A stretch of DNA of 32,000 bases from Pyrodictium occultum (GCF_001462395.1 NZ_LNTB01000001.1:840001-872000); one strand, 5' to 3'; shown: positions 7,618 to 15,780, counted from the first letter of the stretch. The notes: a model not told the origin generated them from the sequence alone. Numbers and translations: made by a program.

Positions 7618-7628
7618 AGTATAAGAAG
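7618..7628 (-). promoter_or_regulatory. TATA-like box for the C25 peptidase gene
   Basis: The minus strand reads CTTCTTATACT, ~30-40 nt upstream of ATG 7589, in the 62-nt gap after the rbcL stop. This supports the shorter start at 7589 with a very short leader. Confidence 0.35.
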
Positions 7629-7651
7629 GGGGCGCCGGCCTGCAGCGGGGG

Positions 7652-8977
7652 CTAGACGGGGCGGGTGTGGCCCCACTTCTCCAGCGCCCGGGCCAGCTCG
7701 CGGTGCTTCTCGGCATACTCCTCGAGGGGCACGCCCTCCACAGCAGCCTCCACCGCCTGCCTCATCGCCGCCGCGCCCGCCCTGGGGCCGTCGGGGTGGC
7801 CTATGACGCCGCCGCCCGCCTGGATGATTATGTCCAGGCCCAGGCTCCTTATGACGGGCTCGATGTTGCCCGGGTGGAGGCCGCCGCTGGAGACGGGGAG
7901 CACCGGCCGGAGCCCGGCCCAGTCCTGCTCCATGTGGATGATGTCGCCCTCCCGTGGCTTGTAGACGGGCTCCCGGAGCACGCGGGCGTACTCGACCACC
8001 TCCCCGGCCCGGGCCTCCATCTTGCCGACGCCGGGCGTGCCCACGTGGAGGTGGTCGAGCCCCGCCAGCCTCCCGAGCTTCGCCACCACGAACATGGAGA
8101 CGCCGTGCCGGGGGTTCCGGGTGAACGCGGCGTGGAAGGCGCGGTGCCCGTGGATCGCTAGCCCGTATTCCCCGGCTAGCTCCCTGGCGTGCTGGAGCGC
8201 GGCCCAGCCGGCGGTGAGGAAGTCTATCATTATGAATTTGTTGCCATAGTCCGCGACCAGCTTGATCCTCCGCTCCATCTCCTTCACTGGCGCGGTCACG
8301 TTGGCCAGGTAGCCCTTCCTCTCCCCCGTCTCCTTCTCAGCCCTCTCGACGGCCTTCATCACCTCCCGGAGCCTTGCCTCGAACCTGCAGAGCCGCTGGC
8401 CGGCAACATTCTCGTCATCCTTCACGAGGTCCACCCCGCCCGCGAGTATCTCGTAGGCCGTCCTCCCATACTCCTCGGGGGTGTACCCCATCTTCGGCTT
8501 GGGCACAGTGGCTAGGATGGGGCGGCTCTCGACGCCGAGTATCTTCCTCACGCCCTCTACCCCGTGGCCGGGGCCCGGGAAGCTGGCGACGTAGCCGCGG
8601 GGGAGCCTTATCTCCTCTAGCCGCAGGGCCTCGACAGCCCTCATGCCGAAAACGTTGCCCATGACGCTGCTTGCCAGGTTCGGTATACTCCCCTCCTCGA
8701 AGAGCTCCGAGGGGTAGGCTATCCAGACGAGCCAGCTCCCATCCCCCAGGCTGTGGAACCGGTATGCCCTGGCGCGGAGCCGGTCGTAGAGGCTCGGCTT
8801 AACGCTAAGCGTGGTCCAGGTCCCCACGCTGCTCTCAGCCGCCACCCGGGCGGCGGCGTCGCGCACGCTGAGCCCCTCAGCCGGCGCGACGCGGAACACG
8901 GCGACGAGGTCCCCGGGGCCGGGCTCGTAGCCCTCATCCACGAACTCCTGGTAAGCGTCGCGCGGCACGCTGGGCAC
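7652..8977 (-). CDS. rbcL: ribulose-1,5-bisphosphate carboxylase/oxygenase large subunit, form III
   Basis: RbcL motifs are GTWTTL, VPKPKMGY (carbamylated Lys region), GGVDLVKDDEN, GLAIHGHRAFHAAFTRNP, LHVGTPG, SSGGLHPG and QAGGGVIGHPDG. The C terminus ELARALEKWGHTRPV closely resembles Thermococcus kodakarensis RbcL as I recall it. The longest ORF opens at GTG 9049 (465 aa). I place the start at in-frame GTG 8977 (441 aa), which puts FVDEGYEP at residues 12-19 as in the characterised archaeal enzyme. GTG 9049 is only ~10 nt downstream of a TATA-like TTTATGA (9056-9062, minus strand). The start remains uncertain. Confidence 0.93.
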   Translation of the reverse strand: MPSVPRDAYQEFVDEGYEPGPGDLVAVFRVAPAEGLSVRDAAARVAAESSVGTWTTLSVKPSLYDRLRARAYRFHSLGDGSWLVWIAYPSELFEEGSIPNLASSVMGNVFGMRAVEALRLEEIRLPRGYVASFPGPGHGVEGVRKILGVESRPILATVPKPKMGYTPEEYGRTAYEILAGGVDLVKDDENVAGQRLCRFEARLREVMKAVERAEKETGERKGYLANVTAPVKEMERRIKLVADYGNKFIMIDFLTAGWAALQHARELAGEYGLAIHGHRAFHAAFTRNPRHGVSMFVVAKLGRLAGLDHLHVGTPGVGKMEARAGEVVEYARVLREPVYKPREGDIIHMEQDWAGLRPVLPVSSGGLHPGNIEPVIRSLGLDIIIQAGGGVIGHPDGPRAGAAAMRQAVEAAVEGVPLEEYAEKHRELARALEKWGHTRPV

Positions 8978-9196
8978 CCACGCACGTACGCTCTGCTCCC
9001 TGCATGGTGTAGGAGGAGCCCGGGGGGCTCCACGTAGAGCCGGCACCACGAGCCCTCATAAACCCTGGCAGAAGCCTGCCCGTGCTACGGGCTCATCCCG
9101 GGGTATTAGCGCGGCCATGGAGCAGGCCTCTTGCTCCAAGGCCATGTAGCTTTAAAACCCCGGCCCCTGCTAGCAGAGGGCGGAGGATAGAGGGCA

Positions 9197-9352
9197 ATGC
9201 CTGGTATGGGGGCGCGCCGCCTCCACGTACTCGCGCTGTTCCTCTCCATAACCGGTGCCCTAGCCTTCGCGCTCGAGAACAACCTCGCGGGCGCTCTCCT
9301 CGCCGCGCTGTTCGCGGTGCAGAGCGTCCTGTCCCTCTTCTCGGGCAGGTAG
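9197..9352 (+). CDS. small two-helix membrane protein (51 aa, below the ORF-track cutoff)
   Basis: Hand translation from ATG 9197 to TAG 9350-9352 gives MPGMGARRLHVLALFLSITGALAFALENNLAGALLAALFAVQSVLSLFSGR. That is two hydrophobic helices after a basic N terminus. TTTAAAA (9151-9157) lies 40 nt upstream. The ORF ends 4 nt before the convergent gene 9356..9763. No homology evidence is available. Confidence 0.35.
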   Translation: MPGMGARRLHVLALFLSITGALAFALENNLAGALLAALFAVQSVLSLFSGR

Positions 9353-9355
9353 CCT

Positions 9356-9763
9356 CTAGGCCATCTTCATCAGCACCGGCGCCAGTATCCTCCGGGCCTC
9401 CGCCTCCGCGTCCCCCTCCCCGTAGCTGCGGAACCGGTAGCGCCTGCCCAGCTCCCTCAGTATCTCGGGGCCGGGCTCGAGGACCCCCATCTCGACTAGC
9501 TCCTGCAGCAGGTCGGCCGCCAGGGCGGCGGTGTACTGGGCGCTCTCCACACCCCAGCTGATCTCGCCCCTTGTTTCCTCTATTATCCTCCTAGCCTCCT
9601 CGGCCACGCTCGCCGGGGTTATGGGCTTCTCCTTCTCCCGCAGCTTAAGCGCCGCGACGAGGGTTAGGAGAAGCTTCCCCCTCCTGCCCGCCTCCTGGAA
9701 GTCCTTTAGGAGCCGCTGCAGCGCCTCTCTCAGCTCGGCTATGGCCCTCTTGCCCGCCGTCAT
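9356..9763 (-). CDS. hypothetical protein (helical, charged)
   Basis: 135-aa ORF with coding-like composition and no off-frame-type R/P/G bias (MTAGKRAIAELREALQRLLKDFQEAGRRGK...). I recognise no family. Confidence 0.65.
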   Translation of the reverse strand: MTAGKRAIAELREALQRLLKDFQEAGRRGKLLLTLVAALKLREKEKPITPASVAEEARRIIEETRGEISWGVESAQYTAALAADLLQELVEMGVLEPGPEILRELGRRYRFRSYGEGDAEAEARRILAPVLMKMA

Positions 9764-9834
9764 CCCGGCGCCCCGGGGGAGGAGGGCCTAGAGGGTGGGT
9801 GAGAGTAATAACGTGGCGCCCTCAGCCCCTGGAG

Positions 9835-10254
9835 CTAGTGCTCCAGGTGCCTCTTTATCTTCTCCCCTATCTCCCGCAGCTCCTCCATGCTGGGCTTGGA
9901 GCGGCTGCAGTCCATCTGGCAGCCGTCGCCCTCGAACCTCGGCACTATGTGGAAGTGCACGTGGAATATAACCTGGCCCGCGGCCCGCCCATTATTGGCT
10001 ACAACGTTGTAGCCCTGGGCGCCCACGGCCTCGACGATCCTCGGCGCCAGCTTCTTAACCACCCGTATCAGTGCAGCCGCTTCCTCGTCGCTGAGCTGCT
10101 CGAGCCGCTCCACGTGACGCTTGGGCACGACCAGTGTGTGGCCTGGGTTTATCGGGTATATGTCGAGGAACGCCACCACGTTCTCGTCCTCGTAAACCTT
10201 CGCTGAGGGCAGCTCGCCGCGGATTATCTTGCAGAACACGCAGTCCTCCGTCAC
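9835..10254 (-). CDS. HIT (histidine triad) family nucleotide hydrolase
   Basis: It carries the histidine-triad motif HVHFHIVPR plus CVFCKIIRGE and FLDIYPINPGHTLVVPKRH. The longest ORF opens at TTG 10326 (163 aa). In-frame GTG 10254 gives MTEDCVFCKII and the usual ~139-aa length. The TATA-like CTTTAAGA (10331-10338, minus strand) lies only 5 nt upstream of TTG 10326, which argues against that start. Confidence 0.88.
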   Translation of the reverse strand: MTEDCVFCKIIRGELPSAKVYEDENVVAFLDIYPINPGHTLVVPKRHVERLEQLSDEEAAALIRVVKKLAPRIVEAVGAQGYNVVANNGRAAGQVIFHVHFHIVPRFEGDGCQMDCSRSKPSMEELREIGEKIKRHLEH

Positions 10255-10444
10255 AGCCCTCCACCCCTGCGCGGGGAGAAGCTCTTCAAGGATCCGTGTA
10301 GAGGCTAATCCCGCCGCCGGGCTCAATCGTTCTTAAAGGCTCCGCTCCTCTGCACCGGAGGCTGCGGCCCCCGCTGGGCGGAGAGGCGGGTGGCGGGGCT
10401 TCTCGACTGCTGCAACCCCGCCCCGAGCTGCCCAGCCGCCTCCC

Positions 10445-11209
10445 CTACCGGGCCCCCATCATGGCTTCGAGCTCCCTGGCGGCGGCTGGCAGTATCTCGC
10501 CGGCCCTACGCCTCGATACGAAGACTGCGAGGCTGTCGAGGCTGGTCGGCTCCAGGTTGATTATTGCCAGTCTCGCGCCCCTCCGGGCGGCGTACTCTGG
10601 TATCAGGGCGGCGGGGTAGACTGTGAGGCTGGAGCCGACCACTAGCACGAGGTCCGCGCGCCCGGCCTCCCGGTAGGCCTCCCGCAGCGCATCGTCCGGC
10701 AGGGGCTCGCCGAAGAACACGGCGTCGGGCTTGAGGACGCCGCCGCACCGGGGGCAGCGGGGGAGCCTGCCCTCCTCCACCTCCCTCAGCGCCTCCTCGA
10801 GGGGGACGCGGTGGCCGCAGCGGGTGCAGCGGGCCCAGCGGAGGCTGCCGTGGAGCTCTATAACCCTCCTGCTCCCCGCCGCCTGGTGGAGCCCGTCAAT
10901 GTTCTGGGTTATGACAGTCTTTACGACGCCGAGTTCCTCCATCCTGGCCAGGGCGTGGTGGGCGGGGTTGGGCCGGGCTCCGCGGAACCCTGCGAAGAGC
11001 TCTGCGAAGAGCCTCCAGACGCCCAGCGGGTCCTCCATGAAGTACTCTATGCTGAAGACCTCCGGGTCCACGCGGCGCCAGAGCCCCTGGGGGCCCCGGA
11101 AGTCGGGGATGCCGCTCTCGGTGCTCACCCCCGCCCCGGTGAAGGCTACCGCGTAGCGGGAGCCTGCCAGTAGCCTGGCCAGCCTCCTGGCCTCCTCGGC
11201 TAGGCCCAT
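10445..11209 (-). CDS. cobB: NAD-dependent protein deacetylase, Sir2 family
   Basis: 254 aa. Motifs are GAGVSTESGIPDFRGPQGLW, TQNIDGLH, the catalytic His in ELHGS, the Zn ribbon CTRCGH...CPRCGG, and GSSLTVYPA. Confidence 0.93.
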   Translation of the reverse strand: MGLAEEARRLARLLAGSRYAVAFTGAGVSTESGIPDFRGPQGLWRRVDPEVFSIEYFMEDPLGVWRLFAELFAGFRGARPNPAHHALARMEELGVVKTVITQNIDGLHQAAGSRRVIELHGSLRWARCTRCGHRVPLEEALREVEEGRLPRCPRCGGVLKPDAVFFGEPLPDDALREAYREAGRADLVLVVGSSLTVYPAALIPEYAARRGARLAIINLEPTSLDSLAVFVSRRRAGEILPAAARELEAMMGAR

Positions 11210-11313
11210 GGCCCGCGGCGCCCTCCTCCCGGGGGATGGGGCTGGAAGCCCCTATAAGCCCGGGGCCATGCCTCTAGGCCCGCCTCCCCCGGGGGAGGGG
11301 CGGAGGACCAGTC

Positions 11314-11619
11314 ATGGACTCCTGTGGCGGGGGGCTCGAGAGGGGCCGCGAGTACATAGCGGTTTTCGTCCACGGCAGGGACCGGCCCGGCATAGTAGCC
11401 GGGATAGCTGGGGTGCTTGCGGAGGCGAACGCAAACATAATGGACATCTCGCAGACTGTTATGAGGGGCATATTCACCATGGCTATGGTGGTCGATGTCA
11501 CTGATGCGAGGCTCGGCGTCGAGGAGCTGCGCCGCCGGCTCGAGGAGAAGGCGGCGGAGCTTGGCGTGGAGGTCAGCGTCCACCACATAGACGTGGTAAG
11601 GTACCTGGAGAGGCCCTAG
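11314..11619 (+). CDS. ACT domain protein (UPF0237 family)
   Basis: 101 aa. IAVFVHGRDRPGIVAGIAGVLAEANANIMDISQTVMRGIFTMAMVVDV fits the ACT fold pattern. It is followed 16 nt later by its usual UPF0210 partner. The TATA-like CTATAAG at 11252-11258 lies upstream. Confidence 0.85.
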   Translation: MDSCGGGLERGREYIAVFVHGRDRPGIVAGIAGVLAEANANIMDISQTVMRGIFTMAMVVDVTDARLGVEELRRRLEEKAAELGVEVSVHHIDVVRYLERP

Positions 11620-11635
11620 CGGGGGTTGCCTGGGC

Positions 11636-13024
11636 TTGTCTACGAGGTTCAGCGTGTCGGAGATAAGCGAAGTAGCCGAGATGATACGCTACCGCAGCCT
11701 GGATGTGAGGAGCGTCACTCTGAGCATAGACGCCGGTGTCTGCTCCTCCCCCAGGCCCAGGGAGCTGGTCGACTGCCTGGCCCGCCTCGTCGAGGAGCAT
11801 GGCCGCCGCCTACGCCGGGCTGTGGAGCGGGTCTCCTCCAGGCTCGGGGTACCCGTGACCACGGCCAGACTCGCGCTCACTCCAATGGAGCAGCTGCTTG
11901 CTCCCGTGGCCGGCTCGCTAGGCGTGGAGAAGGCAGCCGAGGCGGGCTTTGAGGCCGCGGCCGAGATGGAGCGGGCCGCGGAGCGGGCCGGCGTTGACTA
12001 CATCGGCGGCTTCTCGGCCTTCGCCGACCGGGGTGTGGGGCCCGGCGGCAGGGCGGTGGTGGAGGCGCTCCCCAGGGTGCTGGCGGAGACCGGGAGGGTG
12101 ATGGGCTTCGTCAACGCTGCCTCCACGATGCTGGGGCTGAACATGGAGGCGGTGGCGGCGGCTGTGAAGGCGCTGCTGAGGGCGGTGGAGGCGGCGGGCT
12201 CCCCGCTGCCGGGGGCGAAGTTCCTGGTCACGGTCAACGTTGCGCCCGATATACCGTTCCTCCCCGCCGCCCACCACGGCCTCGGAGAGGCTGATGGAGC
12301 GGTCAACGTTGCTATAAGCGGCCCTGGTGTCGTGGCGGCTGTGCTCCGCTCCCTCCCGCAGGACACGCCCCTAGAGAGGCTCTACGAGGAGCTGAAGAGG
12401 ATAGGCTTCAAGATATCCAGGCTGGGCCAGCTCGTGGCGGAGTGGGTCGCAGCGGAGGCCGGCTACACGCTGGGCAGCGTCGACCTCTCCCTGGCGCCCA
12501 CCCCCGAGCCTGGTGACAGCATCGCCGCAGTGCTGGAGGCCATTGGCGTCGAGTTCGGCGCCCCGGGCAGCATAGCGGCGCTAGCTATGCTCATAGACGC
12601 GCTTCGGAAGGGGGGCGGCATGGGAGTCTGCTGCGCCGGCGGCTACAGCGGCGCAATGATACCCGTCTCCGAGGACAGCGGCATTGCAGAGGCAGCGGCC
12701 CGGGGCCTGGCCACCATGTACAAGCTGATAGCTATGACGGGTGTCTGTAGCACCGGGCTCGACATGGTCCCGGTGCCCGGCGACACTGACTGGAGGAGGC
12801 TCGCAGCCCTCACGGCGGACGTGCTCGCCCTAGGCATGGCGCAGGGGAAGGTGCTTGGAGTCCGCCTCCTCCCGGCCCCAGGGAAGAAGCCCGGCGACAC
12901 GGTGAGCCTGGGAGGCCTGCTCGGCGAGGCCCCGGTCATGGACCCGGGGCCGGGCAGGGTGGAGGAGTTCATCGAGAGGGGTGGGAGGATACCGCCGCCC
13001 CTACGCAGGCTCCTAGCCGGCTAG
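11636..13024 (+). CDS. UPF0210 (DUF711) family protein
   Basis: 462 aa. The N terminus EISEVAEMIRYRSLDVRSVTLSI, the overall length and the Gly-rich C-terminal half (GGYSGAMIPVSEDS, TGLDMVPVPGDT) match the UPF0210 family, which is typically encoded just after a UPF0237 ACT protein. Confidence 0.82.
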   Translation: MSTRFSVSEISEVAEMIRYRSLDVRSVTLSIDAGVCSSPRPRELVDCLARLVEEHGRRLRRAVERVSSRLGVPVTTARLALTPMEQLLAPVAGSLGVEKAAEAGFEAAAEMERAAERAGVDYIGGFSAFADRGVGPGGRAVVEALPRVLAETGRVMGFVNAASTMLGLNMEAVAAAVKALLRAVEAAGSPLPGAKFLVTVNVAPDIPFLPAAHHGLGEADGAVNVAISGPGVVAAVLRSLPQDTPLERLYEELKRIGFKISRLGQLVAEWVAAEAGYTLGSVDLSLAPTPEPGDSIAAVLEAIGVEFGAPGSIAALAMLIDALRKGGGMGVCCAGGYSGAMIPVSEDSGIAEAAARGLATMYKLIAMTGVCSTGLDMVPVPGDTDWRRLAALTADVLALGMAQGKVLGVRLLPAPGKKPGDTVSLGGLLGEAPVMDPGPGRVEEFIERGGRIPPPLRRLLAG

Positions 13025-13795
13025 CCTCTCCCCCAGCAGCTTCCAGTACTCCTCGTCCCCCAGTATAGTCTCCTGCTCCCTCCTCACCTTGAAGAGCAGC
13101 CCCGCCGCGCCACGCCTCACGAAGCCGGCTAGCCGCTCAAGCCTCTCCCTCGGAGGCATGGGCCTCGAGGGGAGCCCGCTCCTCCCGATACTCGCCTTAG
13201 CCACCAGCCAGAGCCCCACGTTGCCCGGTGTCGCCAGCTCCCTGACCTGCTCCTTCTCCAGCTCCCCGCCATGAGCCCACCAGAGCTCCCGGACGAAGGA
13301 GATGCCGAGAGCCCTCATTATCTTGTCCTCCCAACCGGCGTAGAGCTCGTCAGCCCTCTCCAGCACCTCTCTAGCCACCTCCTCCACGTCGAGGCCCCGG
13401 AGGGGCGCCCGGGTCGCGGCGGAGATCAGCGCGGTATCAGCGACGGGCTTAACGCTCCCGTGCAGATAGGCCACTGCAGCCGCGTAGGCGCTGTGGAGCA
13501 CAGCCTCCATGAACTCCTCCACCGGGTCCCCCGCCTCCAGCGGGCCCTCGCCGAGCAGTATGGCCTCAACCTCGGCAGGCTCCACCGGGTCCGTTGCGAC
13601 GGGTACCTCGTCCACCACCAGCCAGGGCACGCTCCATACAGAGCGCCCGAGAACCTGAGAGGCGGCGGGCTCCGCCGTGGAGACAAGCCTCACGCTGTCT
13701 AGCAGCCCTTTGCCCGCCAGGTGCTTCACGACCTCGTAGCTGCTGGCGCACGTCGGGTGGATGTAGAGCGTATACTTATTATACTCCCCCGGCAA
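13013..13795 (-). CDS. thioredoxin-fold N-terminal domain protein with helical C-terminal domain (function unknown)
   Basis: 260 aa. YTLYIHPTCASSYEVVKHL (CxxS in a glutaredoxin-like position) and SVPWLVVDE (cis-Pro region) suggest a thioredoxin fold. The remainder is helical and unassigned. It converges on UPF0210 with a 12-nt overlap. Confidence 0.6.
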   Translation of the reverse strand: MPGEYNKYTLYIHPTCASSYEVVKHLAGKGLLDSVRLVSTAEPAASQVLGRSVWSVPWLVVDEVPVATDPVEPAEVEAILLGEGPLEAGDPVEEFMEAVLHSAYAAAVAYLHGSVKPVADTALISAATRAPLRGLDVEEVAREVLERADELYAGWEDKIMRALGISFVRELWWAHGGELEKEQVRELATPGNVGLWLVAKASIGRSGLPSRPMPPRERLERLAGFVRRGAAGLLFKVRREQETILGDEEYWKLLGERLAG

Positions 13796-13893
13796 GGCGT
13801 GCGCACCGTGTTCTAGTGCTTCCCCGCGGAGAAGACCGGGTATTGATAAGGCTAGCCGTGGCGCCTAAGGATGCTAAGGAGGAGAAAGCGGGG

Positions 13894-14484
13894 CTAGAGA
13901 CTGAGGGCCTCCCTGGCCTCGCGGATAGCCTTCTCGGCCTCCTCTAGCTTGCCGGAGGCCTGGCGGACCGCCTCCCTAAGCCGGCCGAGCTTCTCCCGCA
14001 TCTCAGTGTTCTCGGCGCGTAGCTGCTTCAGCTCCTCCTCCAGCTTCTTCACCTGCTCGTGGAGCTGCTTCAGCTCCGTCTCGGCCTCCGGGCTTACTAT
14101 GGGGACCGCCAGCTTCAACTCGCCCCGCGTCAGCATCTCGTAGGTCTCCCGGACCAGCTTGCCCGCCTTGGTCTCCCCGCGGAGGTGGCGGCGTATCGTA
14201 GCCTCGGTGCGGCCCAGCTCCTCGGCTATCTGGCTCACAGTGTACCCGGCCTTCTCCATGGCGAGCGCTGCCGCCGCCACCGCGAGGCTGTCGACCCAGG
14301 TGAGGAACTCCTCCTTGTTCAGAGCAGCCTTTATAACGTCCGGCCTGAACATGGTGCCTATTATGAGCATTGCCTCGAGCTGCCTAACCTCCCTCTTGGA
14401 GACGGGCTTGACCGGAACCTCTACCGGCAGGGAGACCTCGCGTAGCTTGAGGCCCTCCTCCTGGTTAGACTCCTGGGCGGCCAT
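13894..14484 (-). CDS. HTH domain protein with C-terminal coiled coil (putative regulator)
   Basis: The track ORF opens at GTG 14631 but overlaps the radical SAM gene. ATG 14484 (MAAQESNQEEG...) follows a T-rich box. An HTH-like segment (GYTVSQIAEELGRTEATIRRHLRG) is followed by a heptad-like E/K/L-rich coiled coil (ELKQLHEQVKKLEEELKQLRAENTEMREKLGRLREA...). Confidence 0.65.
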   Translation of the reverse strand: MAAQESNQEEGLKLREVSLPVEVPVKPVSKREVRQLEAMLIIGTMFRPDVIKAALNKEEFLTWVDSLAVAAAALAMEKAGYTVSQIAEELGRTEATIRRHLRGETKAGKLVRETYEMLTRGELKLAVPIVSPEAETELKQLHEQVKKLEEELKQLRAENTEMREKLGRLREAVRQASGKLEEAEKAIREAREALSL

Positions 14485-14518
14485 ACGTACACCCGTAATA
14501 TGGTGTAGGGGGCTCCTT

Positions 14519-14529
14519 GAAATAAAAAG
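14519..14529 (-). promoter_or_regulatory. T/A-rich element: TATA box of the HTH/coiled-coil gene and/or oligo-T terminator of the radical SAM gene
   Basis: The minus strand reads GCTTTTTATTTC. It lies ~30 nt downstream of the radical SAM stop (14556) and ~35-45 nt upstream of ATG 14484. Confidence 0.4.
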
Positions 14530-14555
14530 CTGTCCTCCATGCCCTCGGGCCCACC

Positions 14556-15683
14556 CTAGTATATCATGAGGGGCAGTATGTCGCCGCCCCCGCCATGGAA
14601 CCTGCCTCTTATGTTTATCCTGTAGCCGCACTTGGGGCAGCGGTTGTCCCGGGTGAGCCTCCAGGCCAGTATAGCGAAGCCCCTCCTCTCTATCACCTTG
14701 TAGCCGCAGCGTGGACAGTAGGTGCTCTCAAGCGGGTGGCCCCACACGTTGCCTATGTAGACGTACTGTAGACCCTCCTCCTTCGCCGCATTGGCCAGCC
14801 TCTCCAGGGTCTCCACGGGTGTGGGCGGCACATCCCTCATCCTAAAGTCTGGATGGAAGCGGAGCAGGTGGAAGGGCGTCTCCGGGCCGAGGTTCTCGAC
14901 TATCCAGCGTGCGAGCCTCCTAATATCCTCCACTCGGTCCCCATACTTGGGCACCACCAGGTTGGTGACCTCTATGAACCAGCCGGCCTTCTTCATCTCC
15001 AGCAGCGCGGTGTAGATTGGGGAGGGGTCGGGGACAGCCATAAACCTGCGGTAGAACTCGGGGTTCCCGCCGCCCTTGAAGTCCACCGTGGCGGCGTCCA
15101 TGTAGGGGGCTAGCGCCCTTATCGCTTCGGGGGTGGCGTAGCCGTTGGTCACCATCATGTTGAAGAGCCCGTGCTTCTTAGCTATCTTAGCTACATCCCT
15201 CATGTACTCGAAGAATATTATAGGCTCGTTGTAGGTGTAGGCTATCCCGTCGGCCCCATACTCTAGGGCCTTCTCTACGACCTTCTCGGGCTCCACGTAG
15301 CGGCCGTAGAGCCCTCTCTCGAGCCGGGACTGGCTTATCTCCCAGTTCTGGCAGAACTGGCAGTAGAAGTTGCAGCCCACAGTGCTTATCGAGAGAACCT
15401 GGCTCCCGGGCTCGAAGTGGAACATGGGCTTCTTCTCTATAGGGTCAATATTCATCGCCGTGAGCAGCCCGTAGACGAGGGTGTAGAGCCTACCCCCTAC
15501 GTTCTTCCGGACCCCGCAGACCCCATACTTGCCCGGCGCTATGATGCAGCGGCGGGCGCAGAGGTCGCAGCGCACGTAGCCCGGCCTATCCCGGAGCGGC
15601 ACCCACAGCTCGGCCTCACGCACATAGGGACGCCGGGGCAGGCTCTCCTGCCTCACCTGCCCGCCGGAGGTAGTGGACGCCAC
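14556..15683 (-). CDS. radical SAM enzyme, AmmeMemoRadiSam-system type (PflA-activase-like)
   Basis: 375 aa. It has the CxxxCxxC cluster in GCNFYCQFCQNWEISQ and the N-terminal Cys motif CDLCARRCIIAPGKYGVCGVRKN. IDPIEKKPMFHF and the C-terminal zinc ribbon CPRCG...CPKCG are also present. This combination is typical of the radical SAM member of the AMMECR1/Memo/radical SAM triad. Confidence 0.88.
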   Translation of the reverse strand: MASTTSGGQVRQESLPRRPYVREAELWVPLRDRPGYVRCDLCARRCIIAPGKYGVCGVRKNVGGRLYTLVYGLLTAMNIDPIEKKPMFHFEPGSQVLSISTVGCNFYCQFCQNWEISQSRLERGLYGRYVEPEKVVEKALEYGADGIAYTYNEPIIFFEYMRDVAKIAKKHGLFNMMVTNGYATPEAIRALAPYMDAATVDFKGGGNPEFYRRFMAVPDPSPIYTALLEMKKAGWFIEVTNLVVPKYGDRVEDIRRLARWIVENLGPETPFHLLRFHPDFRMRDVPPTPVETLERLANAAKEEGLQYVYIGNVWGHPLESTYCPRCGYKVIERRGFAILAWRLTRDNRCPKCGYRINIRGRFHGGGGDILPLMIY

Positions 15684-15780
15684 AGCCTGCTACCCAGCCT
15701 TACGGATGGGCGCCGGCCCCGTATCAACGATACCCCAGCCCTGGCGCCCCCGAGAAGGGGGCCCGCGCGCCGGCCCCTCT

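Noticed and set aside
5338-7806. Nested or antisense ORFs inside the C25 peptidase gene (e.g. 5338..5685, 6370..6996, 7270..7716, 7507..7806)
   Set aside because: They are off-frame shadows of a well-supported gene. The products are R/G/P-rich with no domain signatures.
7665-9037. Plus-strand ORFs antisense to rbcL (7665..7964, 7667..8161, 8022..8249, 8189..8515, 8374..8664, 8753..9037) and 8719..9033(-)
   Set aside because: They lie entirely within the unambiguous RuBisCO coding region. High GC suppresses stop codons in all frames.
9082-9561. 159-aa plus-strand ORF spanning the RuBisCO upstream region and the 3' end of gene 9356..9763
   Set aside because: The product is R/P/S-rich junk. 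It overlaps a better minus-strand gene, and the small 51-aa ORF in another frame fits the gap better.
10445-11209. Sir2 protein as part of an anti-phage system (Thoeris ThsA, DSR, SIR2-HerA, pAgo-associated)
   Set aside because: It is a minimal 254-aa sirtuin with an intact Zn ribbon and canonical deacetylase motifs. It has no SLOG/TIR/HerA/Argonaute partner or fused effector or sensor domain nearby. This fits the housekeeping archaeal Sir2/CobB.
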